This document shows positions 38,729 to 51,592 of a stretch of DNA of 64,000 nucleotides, one piece after another. The stretch lies in contig NC_043000.1 in assembly GCF_006345805.1 (NCBI RefSeq), positions 153,326,001 to 153,390,000 on the forward strand, written 5' to 3'. The notes beneath the pieces are model-generated. The model searched no databases. It saw nothing but the letters and a program-made list of their open reading frames with translations, and was not told the DNA's origin. The stretch's first letter is position 1. Every line of letters starts with the position of its first letter. The translations under genes were made by a program, and so were the position numbers. The DNA comes from Octopus sinensis. Its lineage: Eukaryota.

Positions 38729-40709
38729 TACATTTCAATTTATTCTATAATTGGTTGACACAGCAAGTGTTATTTTTTTATCATAAGGTTACCCGATGCT
38801 GCAAGGATATCTGGGCTCATAAATCATATTGTTCCTATGCTTGTACATATATGCATATGTGTGTGAAATAAATGCGAATATAAAGAGACGATATCATTGA
38901 TATTTTTTATCATAATGATGGCTAATAATTCTTCAAATTTTTCTTTATTATAATTTGCTTCACATTTAAATACTATACTGATATACTATAAACAGGGTGG
39001 TGTTTGTAGAAATCTAAGCTTAAAAGTCGATTTTGTTGGTGGAATGTTATTCCTTTTTAGGATAATGGCTCTATAATTTTATTCTTTTTATCTACGTCCC
39101 AGTTTCATGCTGTGATGAAATGCCAAGGTTCCTTCAAACGCCTGAAAATAACTGAATCTAAATATTATTTAATATGGATGGTGTTGTCTGCTTTCTTTCT
39201 CTCTGTCTCCCTCCTCACCTTTCTCTCTCTCTCTCTCTCTCTCTCTCCTATACTTTTTATACATCTTTCGTGCAAAACATTTGATGACGTAACCTGTACG
39301 GAATAGCTTTGTCATTCATATTTTGTGGTCTAGTGGAAAGGAGGTCTAATGGTGTTTCTTTGGCAGTTTTTATCCTTGTAAATAGACATAAACACATGTA
39401 TGTAAATAAGCACAAACATACGCACACATGCACACACATACATACACGTCCATGCACACATATGCATACGGTCATACATACGTACGTACATATATATATA
39501 TACATGCATACATAATCCATACACGCATACACAAACACACACACACATATATACTAACGGAACTCGTGAATACTTCATAGAATTAATAGTAAACTTATTG
39601 GGTTATTTCTGAAAACTTTTCCCAAAAAACCTGAAAGTCTAGCCTGTGTTGTGTCTGTATGGAAAGATAGTCACTCATCTGCTGATCACTAAAAAGTGAA
39701 GGAAATCGGAATAAAATGAATGCTTAATGCACTTTGTATATACACTTTATATACTACATGCACAATTTTATAGACTTAATACGCAATACTCTCCCCCTTT
39801 CTCTCTCACTCTTCGCCTTACTCTCTTTTTCTCTCTCCTTTTTTCTTTTTCGTTTTTGCTCTTGGGCCTATCCTTTCAACTAGTCACGTGAAAGCGTAAC
39901 AGGCAGGCTAACAGAGAAAAAAACTTACTTTAAAAAATTACACATTTCACTCACCACCACCTCTCCCCTTTCTCCCCTCCTGTCACATCCTCATCTCCCC
40001 CCCCACCTCACCTGTCATTCCCCCACCCATCCCTTCAACTAATCACGTGGAAGCGTTACGGATGGGCAAGTAGAATTACGGAGTGACAAGTAGAATTATT
40101 ATAAGATGTATGTATATATATATATCAGGTGAAATCTAATAGAGGCGTGTTTCCTTGCGAAGTAAGTTACAAAAATTTTCGATCAGCTGTAGATGCTACC
40201 ACAAATTCTCCAGCAGTTCGAACAGGATTAAATATTGCAGAAGCTCCTTCTTAACTCCTGAAAAGTTGCCAGTTTCTCTTGATCCGGTCATGGACTCAGA
40301 CAATGAGTTTAACGCTGATCATCTAAGTATTGAGTTGCATCCTTGGGACCGAGGATTAGTTCAAGGGTAGATTTTCATTTGTGACTTCTAACGTAGAACC
40401 TCGGAGCTGTGTCTTTAACAAAGTAGTGTCTTGTCATCACTTTTCGTTCTATCATAGATGACAAGGGAATTATTTAGGGTAAGAATGAAACTACCTTCTG
40501 TTCCCACTGATGTCACACACGGAACGAATCAAAGCTGAAAAGCTGAAAGAGTGAAGCATTTAAATTAAATAACCAACAATACGGTAATCATATGGGAAAC
40601 ATACAGAAGTATGTGCTCAAAAAGAACCACAAATAATATCGCTTCTGTGAAATATGGAAGAAAATACAACCACGAGAACAGACATCACAAGACCACTTTC
40701 CCTGACTCC

Positions 40710-42388
40710 ATTTGATAAAATTTACAAAGAATAAGAAAAATGAGTAGTAAAGTACCAAATATATTGGTTTTAATTTGGATCAAAACTTGAAAAGGCTGAT
40801 CCAGCTAGCATAGAGAGATCCAGGCAGAGGCATGACTATGTTTTTGTTAAGTTAGACAATGCTAAAAGGTTAGACCGTTACTTTGGCATTGCAAATTGGG
40901 TTGGGATTACAGGTGCTTTCTTCAACTCTACCTGCGCCTTCAAATCATTAGCAGCATACAGTCTGGGCCTTAATTTTCTTTTACATACTCTTCTGCGTTA
41001 TCCTATTTTATCTGTCTTGTAGAAAACAACAGGGTGCAACTTTGTTTTAATTCTCATTCCATTGATATCGCTACATTGTTGCTTTAGTGTACCAACAATC
41101 ATATTCAGAACCTGGTTGCGCCACCAGCCGTACCCTGCAAAGGGTAACTTGCACATCACCAGAAAACACTCCTTTGTATTTATGGCAGCCTTTGGCGGTG
41201 TCACTACACTCCCTTTGAATCGGGAGTGCACATTCAAAATATATACTTTTAGGAGAAACCGCAACCTGGTTGGTTCAATTTCCCACTTTGCTCAGTTGTC
41301 TCTCCATGCTGTCTAAGCACATTGGCTTCCTAACTCGACTGAATTAATCACATGCTATACCTCCTTAATGCAACGAATCTCTTAGGTCACAATTTCCCGC
41401 CTTCTCCGTTGGTATATCCTTGTTCTGTGCCAGTCCCGGTTGTCGCATGGGTTCTGCGTGGCAGCAACTACATGCAAAAGCTTGTATGTACTGGCGTTTT
41501 TGTTGTGTAGCTATGGTTATGTAAGTCTATTAACAGCTAATTTATAAAACCTCCCTGTATCCGTCAGTGTATTTAATCAGGACATTTCAATCGCATCCTT
41601 TCTAGCCGATTTTACTCCCATCATCCCCGTCATCATAGCACCCATCACAAACATTACAGGCAATAACTTCAAAGAATGCTGCTACCATCTCTACAGACCG
41701 AAACTCCCACACTTAACCACCTACTGCATGTTAGTTTGTATTTCGACAACATCCACCCATCAGGCTAAATTTTCATTTCCTCTGTTAAAAAAAAAGAATC
41801 AAACAACTATTACATTTTTGCATTCATTCCTGACATAACATTTCATAAGAGTAATTTACTGTTAAAATTATTCACTTCATGCCTTCGTCCACAAACTAGT
41901 GAAGAGCTATTGGATGGTAGATTTTTGACTAAAAAAAAAGGCGATTAGGATTAAAATGTCACTTATTTTATTTATATATTTAAAACAATTATCTTGAGAA
42001 TATTTGACAAAATTTACAAAGAATAAGAAAAATGAGTAGTAAAGTACCAAATATATTGGTTTTAATTTGGATCAAAACTTGAAAAGGCTGATCTAGCAAG
42101 CATAGAGAGATCCAGGCATCGGCATGACTATGTTTTTGTTAAGTTAGACAATGCTAAAAGGTTAGACCGTTACTTTGGCATTGCAATATGGCTTGAGATT
42201 ACAGGTGCTTTCTTCAACTCTACCTGCGCCTTCAAATCATTAGCAGCATACAGTCTGGGCCTTAATTTTCTTTTACATACTAGTGAAGAGCTATTGGATG
42301 GTAGATTTTTGACTAAAAAAAAAGGCGATTAGGATTAAAATGTCACTTATTTCATTTATATATTTAAAAAATTTATCTTGAGAATATT
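40710..42388. repeat. Complex local duplication P-Q-R|P|R
   Basis: P at 40710-40989 = 42002-42281; R at 41895-42006 = 42279-42388. Confidence 0.92.
40790..41500 (-). pseudogene. Decayed HERO/NeSL-type RLE non-LTR retrotransposon fragment
   Basis: Minus-strand peptides VELGSQCA*TAW, WEIEPTRLRFLLK, WWRNQVLNMIV, ELKKAPVIPTQFA...RSNLLALSNLTKT resemble, from memory, the HERO-type series AVELGSQGAWT / WxMEPxRxxFLL / WRHNQVL / LVFP...LRPD. Confidence 0.65.
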
Positions 42389-42849
42389 GTGTGACATTCT
42401 GAGGTATATTGTCTCTGCAAGCCACGGGAGCTTTTAAAATTTTGGATTAAGTATTAAGCGGACGAGAAACAACCTCTTTTGGGATAGAATAACATATTAT
42501 CGTAAGTGAAATTCCGAGATCATTGCATTTTTATTCCTGGTAGTTTATGGAAATGAGATATGCTGAATTAAGTGCTCTTCCTAAACAGCAGTAATGAATT
42601 TATTACTCACGAACGATATTTTCATTATGTTATTCTCTCAGTTTATTTGTTTTACCTTTTTAGTGAAAGGGTATTTTTTTTTTGTATTACTATGAATGTC
42701 TGTGATCATTGCAAAGAGAAGATACTCTTACAATGTTCTTGCAATACTCTTACAATACTCTTACAAAGAAGATACTCTTACAATACTCAGCAAGGCGTTT
42801 AAGCATGAATAGTATGAGAATCTCCAAGCTCCGTTTTTTGATTTCACGT

Positions 42850-43274
42850 CTCTTTTACTCTTACTCTTTTACTCTTTTACTTGTTTCAGTCATTTGACTG
42901 CGGCCATGCTGGAGCACCGCCTTTAGTCGAGCAAATCGACCCCGGGACTTATTCTTTGTAAGCCCAGTACTTATTATTTCGGTCTCTTTTGCCGAACCGC
43001 TAAGTGACGGGGACGTAAACACACCAGCATCAGTTGTCAAGCAATGCTAGGGGGACAAACACAGACACAAAAACACACACACACACACTTATATATATAT
43101 ATATATATACATATATACGACAGACTTCTTTCAGTTTCCGTCTACCAAATCCACTCAAAAGGCTTTGGTCGGCCCGGGGCTATAGCAGAAGACACTTGCC
43201 CAAGATGCCACGCAGTGGGACTGAACCCAGAACCATGTGGTTGGTAAGTAAGCTACTTACCACACAGCCACTCC
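42850..43274 (-). mobile_element. SINE family A
   Basis: Full match. Confidence 0.9.
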
Positions 43275-44392
43275 ATTTTCTTTTCTGATGACAGCATCAC
43301 AATTTGCGAGAAACGGAGTGCATGTCGCTCACATCGTACAGTAGCGACCCGCTTGTTGTCATCTACCAACATTCTCTTGTTAGCAAATGATATTATTTTC
43401 TATTCCTTCTCCACTTTCCTCTTACAAACGTCATCGTAGTTAGAGCACTCAAAAACATGCACTGTCTCTTTGAACAGTGGAAACAATCCTCCAATAGAGT
43501 TATAAAATTTAGCATGTTTCAAGAATTCATGGTTTATATCAAGTCATGTTTCTCATCAATTAAACGATATTCAACAACCTGCAATTAAATCAATACAAAT
43601 GCTAGACTTCATAATATCTGGTGATTGTTTTTTAGTGGTGCCATATACTAAACAAAGCTGGAATTGCATCATTAAAAGTATCCTCTCTCTTCAGAGTTAG
43701 ACGTACTTCATTTCTAATCAGCTGCCGATTAGAAATATCAAGTAAGACTTACAACTAATCGCAGCTTGCATGACTGATAACGGTGCTGCTGCTATCCATA
43801 CAAACATGGTTTACTGTAACAGTTTGAAAATGACAAACACTAGACCCCACTCCCAAATATTAAAGAACATTTTTCTGTCCCTTTCTTTCATTATTGGTGG
43901 AATTTTTTTTTTAAGCATGTCTATTTGCCTGCTCCCTTTTAAAATCCTGTCAGCCACCGACCAGTGAGACACGTTGCTTTATCGAATCTAAAAGAAAAAC
44001 CACGTGACTCCAACTTGTTCAAAAATAGACTGGCTCCTCTTTCTATATATTGTATCGTTACTACGATAGTTCATCATTAATTAGATACATACTGCCTCAG
44101 TTCAGACTTTCATGAAATACCAGTCGTTGCTCTTCTCGTCACAGTATTCTGTCTCATGCCAGTTCATTCACTTTGCCAAACTTTTCTACACCACTTTAGT
44201 ATACCCTCTTCGTAAGCGCACTTTCTGTATAATTTAAGCCAATGACATTCAAATTGAATGTAACCTACACCGATCTCACAAGTAAGGAGGACCCATGAAG
44301 GACCAGACTATTATCTCTTCCTTCTGATTCTTTTAACTCTGAATTGCTCACGAAAATTTTTTACTCATTTCAAAGTTTCAGCTCTTGTGTGA

Positions 44393-44438
<46 letters not shown>

Positions 44439-45461
44439 TTCTCTTCAAATCACAGTTAAAAATAGCGACAAAGTTCGATAGCTTCTTTCCGGGTTACATT
44501 ATATCTGAAACAATGCTGAGGTAGTCTCGTCTGGAATCATAGGTCACTTGGAAACATACAGTAATGGCAACGTCATATTCTAAAGCATGTGCAGTTGTAA
44601 ATTGTAAAAGACTGAATTAGAAGTAGAGGCATAATAAGAGGAGGAGCGAGTGAGAGCTGTCATCTGGGGTGCAGGTGTGAGGAGAGCAAATTTCCTCTAT
44701 TCTATCATGCCGAGAGCGCTAAATGTGTGTCTTCCGGTGCTAGAGACTGTTGTCTTGCCACTGAGTAGAATCAACAATATTTCGATAAATTCTCTTCCTA
44801 ATTTTACCTACACCCCGAATACTTCAAAATTAGTTGCATAACGAAAACATCCAGTGCAAAACCATATTCCATCTAAGCTGGAGGTTAAGATTTTTTGTTT
44901 CGTGATCTACATTTTCAGATTTTGCTACTTGACTATGTTCAGTGTGTAGTTAAAACGCCATTAAAAATATAATAGCGTCAAAGCAGTATACATTACATTA
45001 TTAAAAAGACTTTAGGTTGTTTAACTAAGAGATGGCTGCTAAAAATATTTAGCTACCGACAAGAATTGAATGTATTCTAACATCCATTAATTCATTCAAA
45101 AATTATTTATAGGCTTTCCTTTGTAGATGGCCATGTTTTGATATTCCACTAATATTACTAAATCTTATCTCAAAATTGTGTTACAACAATAGGGTTACTA
45201 ATAACTGGATTAACTTTGGTTGTATGCCTAAACTCTTTTCCCTCTTTAAGGAAAACGCTTCATTTTTGATTTGTTGAGAGATAATTCGTGGAATTTAGAA
45301 AGTCTGCGGGCATTTTTTAAAAGAGTACGGTTGAAAGTATCGATATTTTTGTATTAAGAACCTAACCGAAACTTTTTCTTTTCAATCTTAATGTTTAGCA
45401 GGTGATCGTTTAGCTGAAGTGCAATCACTTTTCAAGTCCAGTCAGTGAATTAAGAAATCTA

Positions 45462-45935
45462 TTGGGTTGTCCGGAAAGTTCGTGCCGATTTATAGTAGCT
45501 TACCTTTCGACTTATTTTAGAACATGGTTGAGTTCATAAAATAGGATTTGATTACACCTCCATTTAGAGCACACTTTAAGCTATCTTTTCGTGGAAGAAG
45601 GTTTATGTTCCTATAATCTGTGTTAATTCTGTAACCCTTTAATTCTGTAACTCCATATTCCCCAGATTCGGATTTCCACTTATTCAGGTCCCTGCAGAAT
45701 AGTCTTAATGGTAAAAATTTCAATTCCTTGGATGACGTAAAAAGATACCTTGATGAATTCTTTGCCATGAAACCACCTCAATTCTGGGAAGAGGGTATTT
45801 TCAAGTTAAAGGAAAGATGGAGACGCATTGTGCAACAAAATGTTTCATATTTGGTTGATTAAAAATGTAATGGCAAGTATCTATTGACCTTTTTCTTTCC
45901 TTTAAAAATCGGCACGAACTTTCCGGACAACCCAA
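45462..45935 (+). mobile_element. Internally deleted mariner (MITE), 474 bp
   Basis: Perfect TIRs ttgggttgtccggaaagttcgtgccgattt with TA on both sides. Retains the transposase C-terminus PYSPD-SDFHLFRSLQNSLNGKNF...FWEEGIFKLKERW. Confidence 0.93.
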
Positions 45936-46652
45936 TATGCAAGCTAATCAAATATTTTATGGTTGAAATATATATTGAACATCTATAATTTATTATGGCT
46001 TTAAGTGAAGGAAATTCCTTTGATCTGCAGAAGTTGGAGAAGGAATTTTGATAGGTTTGTAGCTTTCTTAAAAGCAAATGTAATATAAGCTACTTTAAAT
46101 ATCTTCCAACAGATTCGGATTTGCATTTGCTGAATCTTTAACGTGTTCTTTACAGTACTCAAACTGTGGTTCTTTTTTCTTCGTTTTTACTTTTTCTTTT
46201 TTATGCTAATCCCAGGATGAAATAATAACTTTATAGCTTATTAATGCTACCCCCATGTAAAACAAGCCAAAACGTCGATCAAGTTTCATAAAGCGTGTTC
46301 AAGATTTTTAATATTATACACACTCAAGAAATTGAGTTTGCAAGTTACTCCTTAGTTAATTTACCTTTGATCTTCTGGAGATTAAAAATATAAGTAGCAG
46401 TTATATTCATCAGTAGATTGAAATATCTGTTCTTCCCTCCTATAATTTGAAACCTTATCCCAATGAGAAACAAGAAACGAGGGAGCCTCTATGTGATCTA
46501 TTGTCCTGCTAGAAATAGCAGCCAAATTAAATCTACATCGTCTTTAGAAAAGAGATTATACATCGAATAAAGTTGTTATAGATATATAAGACAGATTAGT
46601 CATTGTTTGATGACACTTTTGGTTATAGATCTGCTTGATCAGTACCATCTGT

Positions 46653-47078
46653 GGATCTTTCCGGTTTGAACGGCAGTTTTTTCTAGCGGTGTCATATGAA
46701 ATTGTCACCCATAATTATGACCCTAGTATCGATCAATTGCATTTCAATCTCTTTTAGGGTTAGGGTTAGTTAGGGTTAGGGGTAGGCAAAGGGTATCTTT
46801 TTTCTTCACAAATGTAAATAAACCCAATCTGTTTTTTAAACGAGGGACATATTCATACGGCACAGAATGCTTTTTAACTCAATAGACGTCACTGATTGGT
46901 TGAAATTGCAGAAATTGATGAAAAAAACCCAACAAATATCTTACAAACTATAAAATTTTCTCAATAAAGAAAAGAGAAAAAGATGTTTTATAAACACATT
47001 CTACCAGTATATGAAGTTTAACATTTTTTAGTTACCTAGAAATTATGTTAAAAACTGCCGTTCAAACCGAAAAGATCC
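46653..47078. mobile_element. Non-autonomous TIR element with an 8-bp TSD (Merlin-like)
   Basis: 29-bp TIRs ggatctttccggtttgaacggcagttttt (1 mismatch). TSD ccatctgt at 46645-46652 and 47079-47086. GG...CC termini. Confidence 0.85.
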
Positions 47079-47993
47079 CCATCTGTAGTACTAAGCAACA
47101 AGAAGAAATTAACCTCAGTTATTAGGAACTAATAAGGTGTATTCTACCTGGTTACTCTATCAATTAAAAATACGAGTCTCTTCAACATCACATACACTAC
47201 CGTCTTAAAAAGTGAAAAAACTTTAGGTTATGTGATACACTACGCGTGAGAAAAAAAAGACGAAGAATCGGCAAAATAATCAGACGTTTCTACTCAATGG
47301 TCTGCCTCATCAGGGTTTACTTGCGAATCATCACCATTAAGAAAGTTGTATGTGTTGAAAGTTGTTGAGTTGCGGTAAAGAAATGGCAAGCCAAGTTGCC
47401 AGTTTCTATATCTTACACAGGACAAGAACTTCACTAAACCTTAGTATAACTGTCATTACGTAAGAATATCCGTATGTGTAACCGAAACACTGCTTGTTTT
47501 TTTCTCTCACGTAACTTATACATCACACCGCCTCTTACATCAACCGCCTATCAAACAGAAATTATAAGAAAGATGTTTTCTGGCGGACGAGAGTATCGAC
47601 CGGCCTGCTTGCTGTATCACAGCTTTGTTATGTTTTGTCTAATGTACAGTGACATCGATGTATGTCGGCTGGTCTCAAAGAGTAACAAAGGAGTTTCTAT
47701 GTAGTCGCTCAACCTGCTGGAAATAGCAATCTGTCTGATGACATCTGTTCCTCCTGGCCAAAGCTGCATTCACTTTGGTCAGTGGAAAAAAGCATCTTCT
47801 TCTAGGTGTTATCAATAACATATACATACATACATTTATACATAAATTATTTCCTTATCTGTATCTTACAATGCATCTCAGTGCTTCTAAAAGCAAACAT
47901 TGTGTGTTTACATTTATCGTAATTTGAAATTAACTTCCAGCGTCTTATATGCTAGGTTCATAAGTTAAAAAATTACGGATTAATTTGTCAGTA

Positions 47994-48066
47994 GGCAGTT
48001 TAGCTTAATTGGTAAAGCACTTGACTGGTAATCAAAGGGCTATGAGCTCGTCCCTCATGGCTGGTT
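47994..48066 (+). tRNA. tRNA-Thr(GGT)-like cloverleaf, probably a pseudogene
   Basis: 73 nt. D stem GCTT/AAGC, anticodon stem CTTGA/TCAAA with loop CT-GGT-AA, T stem ATGAG/CTCAT. Acceptor stem has one G-G and three G-T pairs; T loop CTCGTCC is non-canonical; a T6 run follows about 15 nt downstream. Confidence 0.6.
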
Positions 48067-48434
48067 GCCCACAAATTTTTCTGCAAAATATGGACGTTTT
48101 ATATTGTTTCTACTGTTCTATCAGCATTTCTGCGTTGGTGAATAATTTATTTCCTTATCTATATCTCATTGTTTGTTTACATATATCGAAATTTGAATAT
48201 ATATATTTTTTGTGTCTGAGGAGAGTCCTGTTTTATGCTTTATTAATTAACACACTCATCGGTTCAATTTCTACTCATGTATTATTTCTTTCTCTCTCTT
48301 GCTTCTTGCAACCTCTTCAACAGTTGCTGACACCGTTGGTTATCGGAGTTGCGTTCTTTACTTGTGTGTATGTGTGTGCGTCAGTGTGCTTGTGTATACA
48401 CATATGTATGTATACGTGTGTCTGTGTGCGTGTA

Positions 48435-48483
<49 letters not shown>

Positions 48484-48539
48484 ATTCTTATTCGTGTTAT
48501 CATTATTGTTTTTACGTATTTTTGTATTTTTATTCGTGT

Positions 48540-48789
48540 AACATCATCCGTTTTTCCGTCCTTGTTTTGTATACATTCGCGGCTTTCTTCCAAGGAATCT
48601 AATGCACTTGGCTTAGATTTTCCTTTGGGGCTGGCCAGATCGGAGCAATCTCAAGATTAATCAGCCGAAATTGCGAAGATGATCCGGTTCTTGACTGAAG
48701 ATTGAAGGCTTCAAATGTCCCGTCCGTGTCTTTTGTATCGTCTTCTAAATGTTTCACGTTCTTGTCCCAGTTTGTATTTTTTTACGTTT

Positions 48790-48790
<1 letters not shown>
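48540..48790 (+). mobile_element. Probable Penelope-like 3' remnant
   Basis: ctgaagattgaaggcttcaaatgtc resembles a decayed hammerhead core, followed by a pyrimidine-rich tail and a microsatellite. Confidence 0.35.
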
Positions 48791-48863
<73 letters not shown>

Positions 48864-48877
48864 ATTATATATGTATG

Positions 48878-48911
<34 letters not shown>

Positions 48912-49400
48912 TGTATGTATGTATGTATTTATGTATGTATGTATGTATGTATGTATGTATGTATGTATGTATTTATGTATGTATGTATGTATTTATGTAT
49001 GTATGTATGTATGTATGTATTTATGTATGTATGTATGTATGTATGTATTTATGTATGTATGTATGTATGCGTGTGTGTACGTTTGTATGAATGTATTCTG
49101 TATATTCATGTGTTTGCCTATTCGTGTTCGTGTGTTTCTGTGTGTGTGTGTCTGTGTGTGTGTTTGTGTGTATGTCTATGTCTCCTTGTGTGTGCGTATT
49201 TGAATGTGTTTATGTGTATGGGTTTGTGTGACTATGTACATGCGCCTGTTATGTATTGATGTGTCTCCTTATGTGTGCTTGTGTGTGTTTATGTGTGTGT
49301 GGAGTGTGGATTCACATAAAGAATTTTGCAAAGCAAATACAAAAGCGAAATATATATGTGTATGTGTGCGTGTGTATGTTATATGTGTGTTTGTGTGTAT
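48790..49400. repeat. Compound (CA)/(TA)/(ATGT)/(TG) microsatellite
   Basis: Direct reading. Confidence 0.93.
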
Positions 49401-49848
49401 GTTATCATATCATTAAAACATGAACATAATGCTAGGACCAGATTCAAATCATGGCGGGGCTAGGGCACTCCAAGTTCTGTAGGCCCCTTATACACAAGAA
49501 TTAAAATCTTAGAAAATTACAAAATTTAATTCTTAAAACCTATTTCAAATAATTGAATTTGATGAGTTAGCAGAGAAGTTTTCAAATAAATGACTGGAAA
49601 TATCGCTTTATAGATACACTTTTTAAAAATTCAAGTTTCATTTTTTACACATCCACTTGCAGTGTTTGACTTTTCCTTCATTGTGAAAATTACAATGCAG
49701 GAGGGGAGAGGGGGTGTCAGATTTGTTTCTTTTAATGCGAGTTACAAATGTCTCAAGATGTAGAATAAGATATGACAGAAAATTACGTAAAAGAAAAGAA
49801 ATTATTTTTGTGGTTTTGCATGATGAGTGTGTGTGTGTGTGTGTATGT

Positions 49849-49879
<31 letters not shown>

Positions 49880-50569
49880 TGAGTGGGTGGAGACGTCAAC
49901 ATTTAAAAGACATGGATTTTAAAAATCCCTCTTTTAAAACGGCTTCTCTTCGTTGCTTTGCAATGCGTGGAAAAAAAAGGCAGGTGGTAGAGAGATCCTG
50001 ACAAAAACAGGAAAATTCAAACAGCTATTTCCGAAAGTTTTCTTTTCCAGTTTCCAGTAGGGGTGGGTGGAGCACAATGAGTAATATTTGTTGCTTTTTT
50101 CACTTCGAAGAAAATATATTTGTCAATACTATATCAGCCAAGTAAAGGCCTTCTCTAAATACAGTAAAGGCTATAAATTATTCAGAACACTCTTTCAGAA
50201 AATTATCACTGTTCCCATGTAAAAGAAAAATTTAGGTGAGGCAGAATGGGTAGAACAAGATGAGGTAAATTTGCTTTACCATTTCTCCAGAATTTGATTT
50301 GAAAAATGACTCATACTCATAAATGTCCATCCTTAGACATCAGAAAGATCAAAAATGCAAGAAAATTTAATATAACTTGGTCAAATGAAAGAGGATCATG
50401 GAAAAATAGCACATAATATAAAATTAATAAAACTCAACTAAATCTAAAAACTGAACATAAAATATTCTCTATTGCTTCTTCAATATAGTTTCTTCACCAA
50501 AAATTATCCAGATATTTTATTAGCTGCATCAATTAAAATCGGGTTAAATTTGAGGGAAAATTTCTTGCG

Positions 50570-50958
50570 AGGAGTGGCTGTGTGGTAAGTAGCTTGCTAA
50601 CCAACCACATGATTCCGGGTTCAGTCCCACTGCGTGGCATCTTGGGCAAGTGTCTTCTGCTATAGCCCCGGGCCGATTAATGCCTTGTGAGTGGATTTGG
50701 TAGACGGAAACTGAAAGAAGCCTGTCGTATATATGTATATGTATGTGTGTGTGTGTTTGTGTGTCTGTGTTTGTCCCCCTAGCATTGCTTGACAACCGAT
50801 GCTGGTGTGTTTACGTCCCCGTCACTTAGCGGTTCGGCAAAAGAGACCGATAGAATAAGTACTAGGCTTACAAAGAATAAGTCCTGGGGTCGATTTGCTC
50901 GACTAAAGGCGGTGCTCCAGCATGGCCGCAGTCAAATGACTGAGACGAGTAAAAGAGT
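50570..50958 (+). mobile_element. SINE family A
   Basis: Full match. Confidence 0.9.
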
Positions 50959-51357
50959 ATATTTCAAACTCTCAACTTCAGCAACTATGTAAACTATACT
51001 GACCAAATTTTACTCCCAAAGATGGCGCAATGGTACAAAATGGGAGAAAATAACAAGAAATCAGAAATTACTCATTTTGACCCAGTTGCCAATTTTGCCC
51101 CACTCCCATAAAATAATTCCAAGTGTTTGACAGAATGACAAAAAAATATAGGAAAAGAAACGAAAGAACAAAAGTTCGATTTAATGAGATATCGGAATAT
51201 ATTTGCAATAATTCTAAAGCCGAAACAGAATGCTTTTAGCTGTTGAGAGATGTAAATTATATAGTGAAAACTAAATTCAAAATTTAAATTTTGAAACACA
51301 CTTCCTTGCTTCATAAAATAAGAACAGTTTCCAATACCTCACTGAAATAGGTTTAGA

Positions 51358-51592
51358 TAAGGCGGCGAGCTGGCAGAATCGTTAGCACGCCGGGCGAAAT
51401 GCGTAGCCGTATTACGTCTGCCGTTACGTTCTGCGTTCAAATTCCGCCGAGGTCAACTTTGCCTTTCATCCTTTCGGGGTCGATAAATAAAGTACCGGTT
51501 ACGCACTGAAGTCGATGTAATCGACTTAATCCCTTTGTCTGTCTTTGTTTGTCCCCTCTATGTTTAGCCCCTTGTGGGCAATAAAGAAATAT
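51358..51592 (+). mobile_element. SINE family B
   Basis: Full match. Confidence 0.9.

Noticed and set aside
43265-43322. Apparent hammerhead (ctgatga...gaaac) next to a SINE head
   Set aside because: No stem I can form, stem II is poor, and the stem III match comes from the adjacent SINE end.
43757-43817. Minus-strand 61-nt exon candidate with accATG and a gtaagt donor (MFVWIAAAPLSVMQAAIS)
   Set aside because: Splicing to the next candidate exon (38409) creates a stop, the peptide is not recognised, and such sites are common by chance.
46754-46781. Interstitial telomere or chromosome-fusion scar (TTAGGG tracts, also about 35645-35668)
   Set aside because: Only 3-4 imperfect units, lying inside a TIR element or other repeat.
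47994-48066. Bacterial or organellar horizontal transfer as the source of tRNA-Thr(GGT)
   Set aside because: No flanking prokaryotic or mitochondrial sequence; the D and anticodon arms look closer to eukaryotic Thr(AGT).
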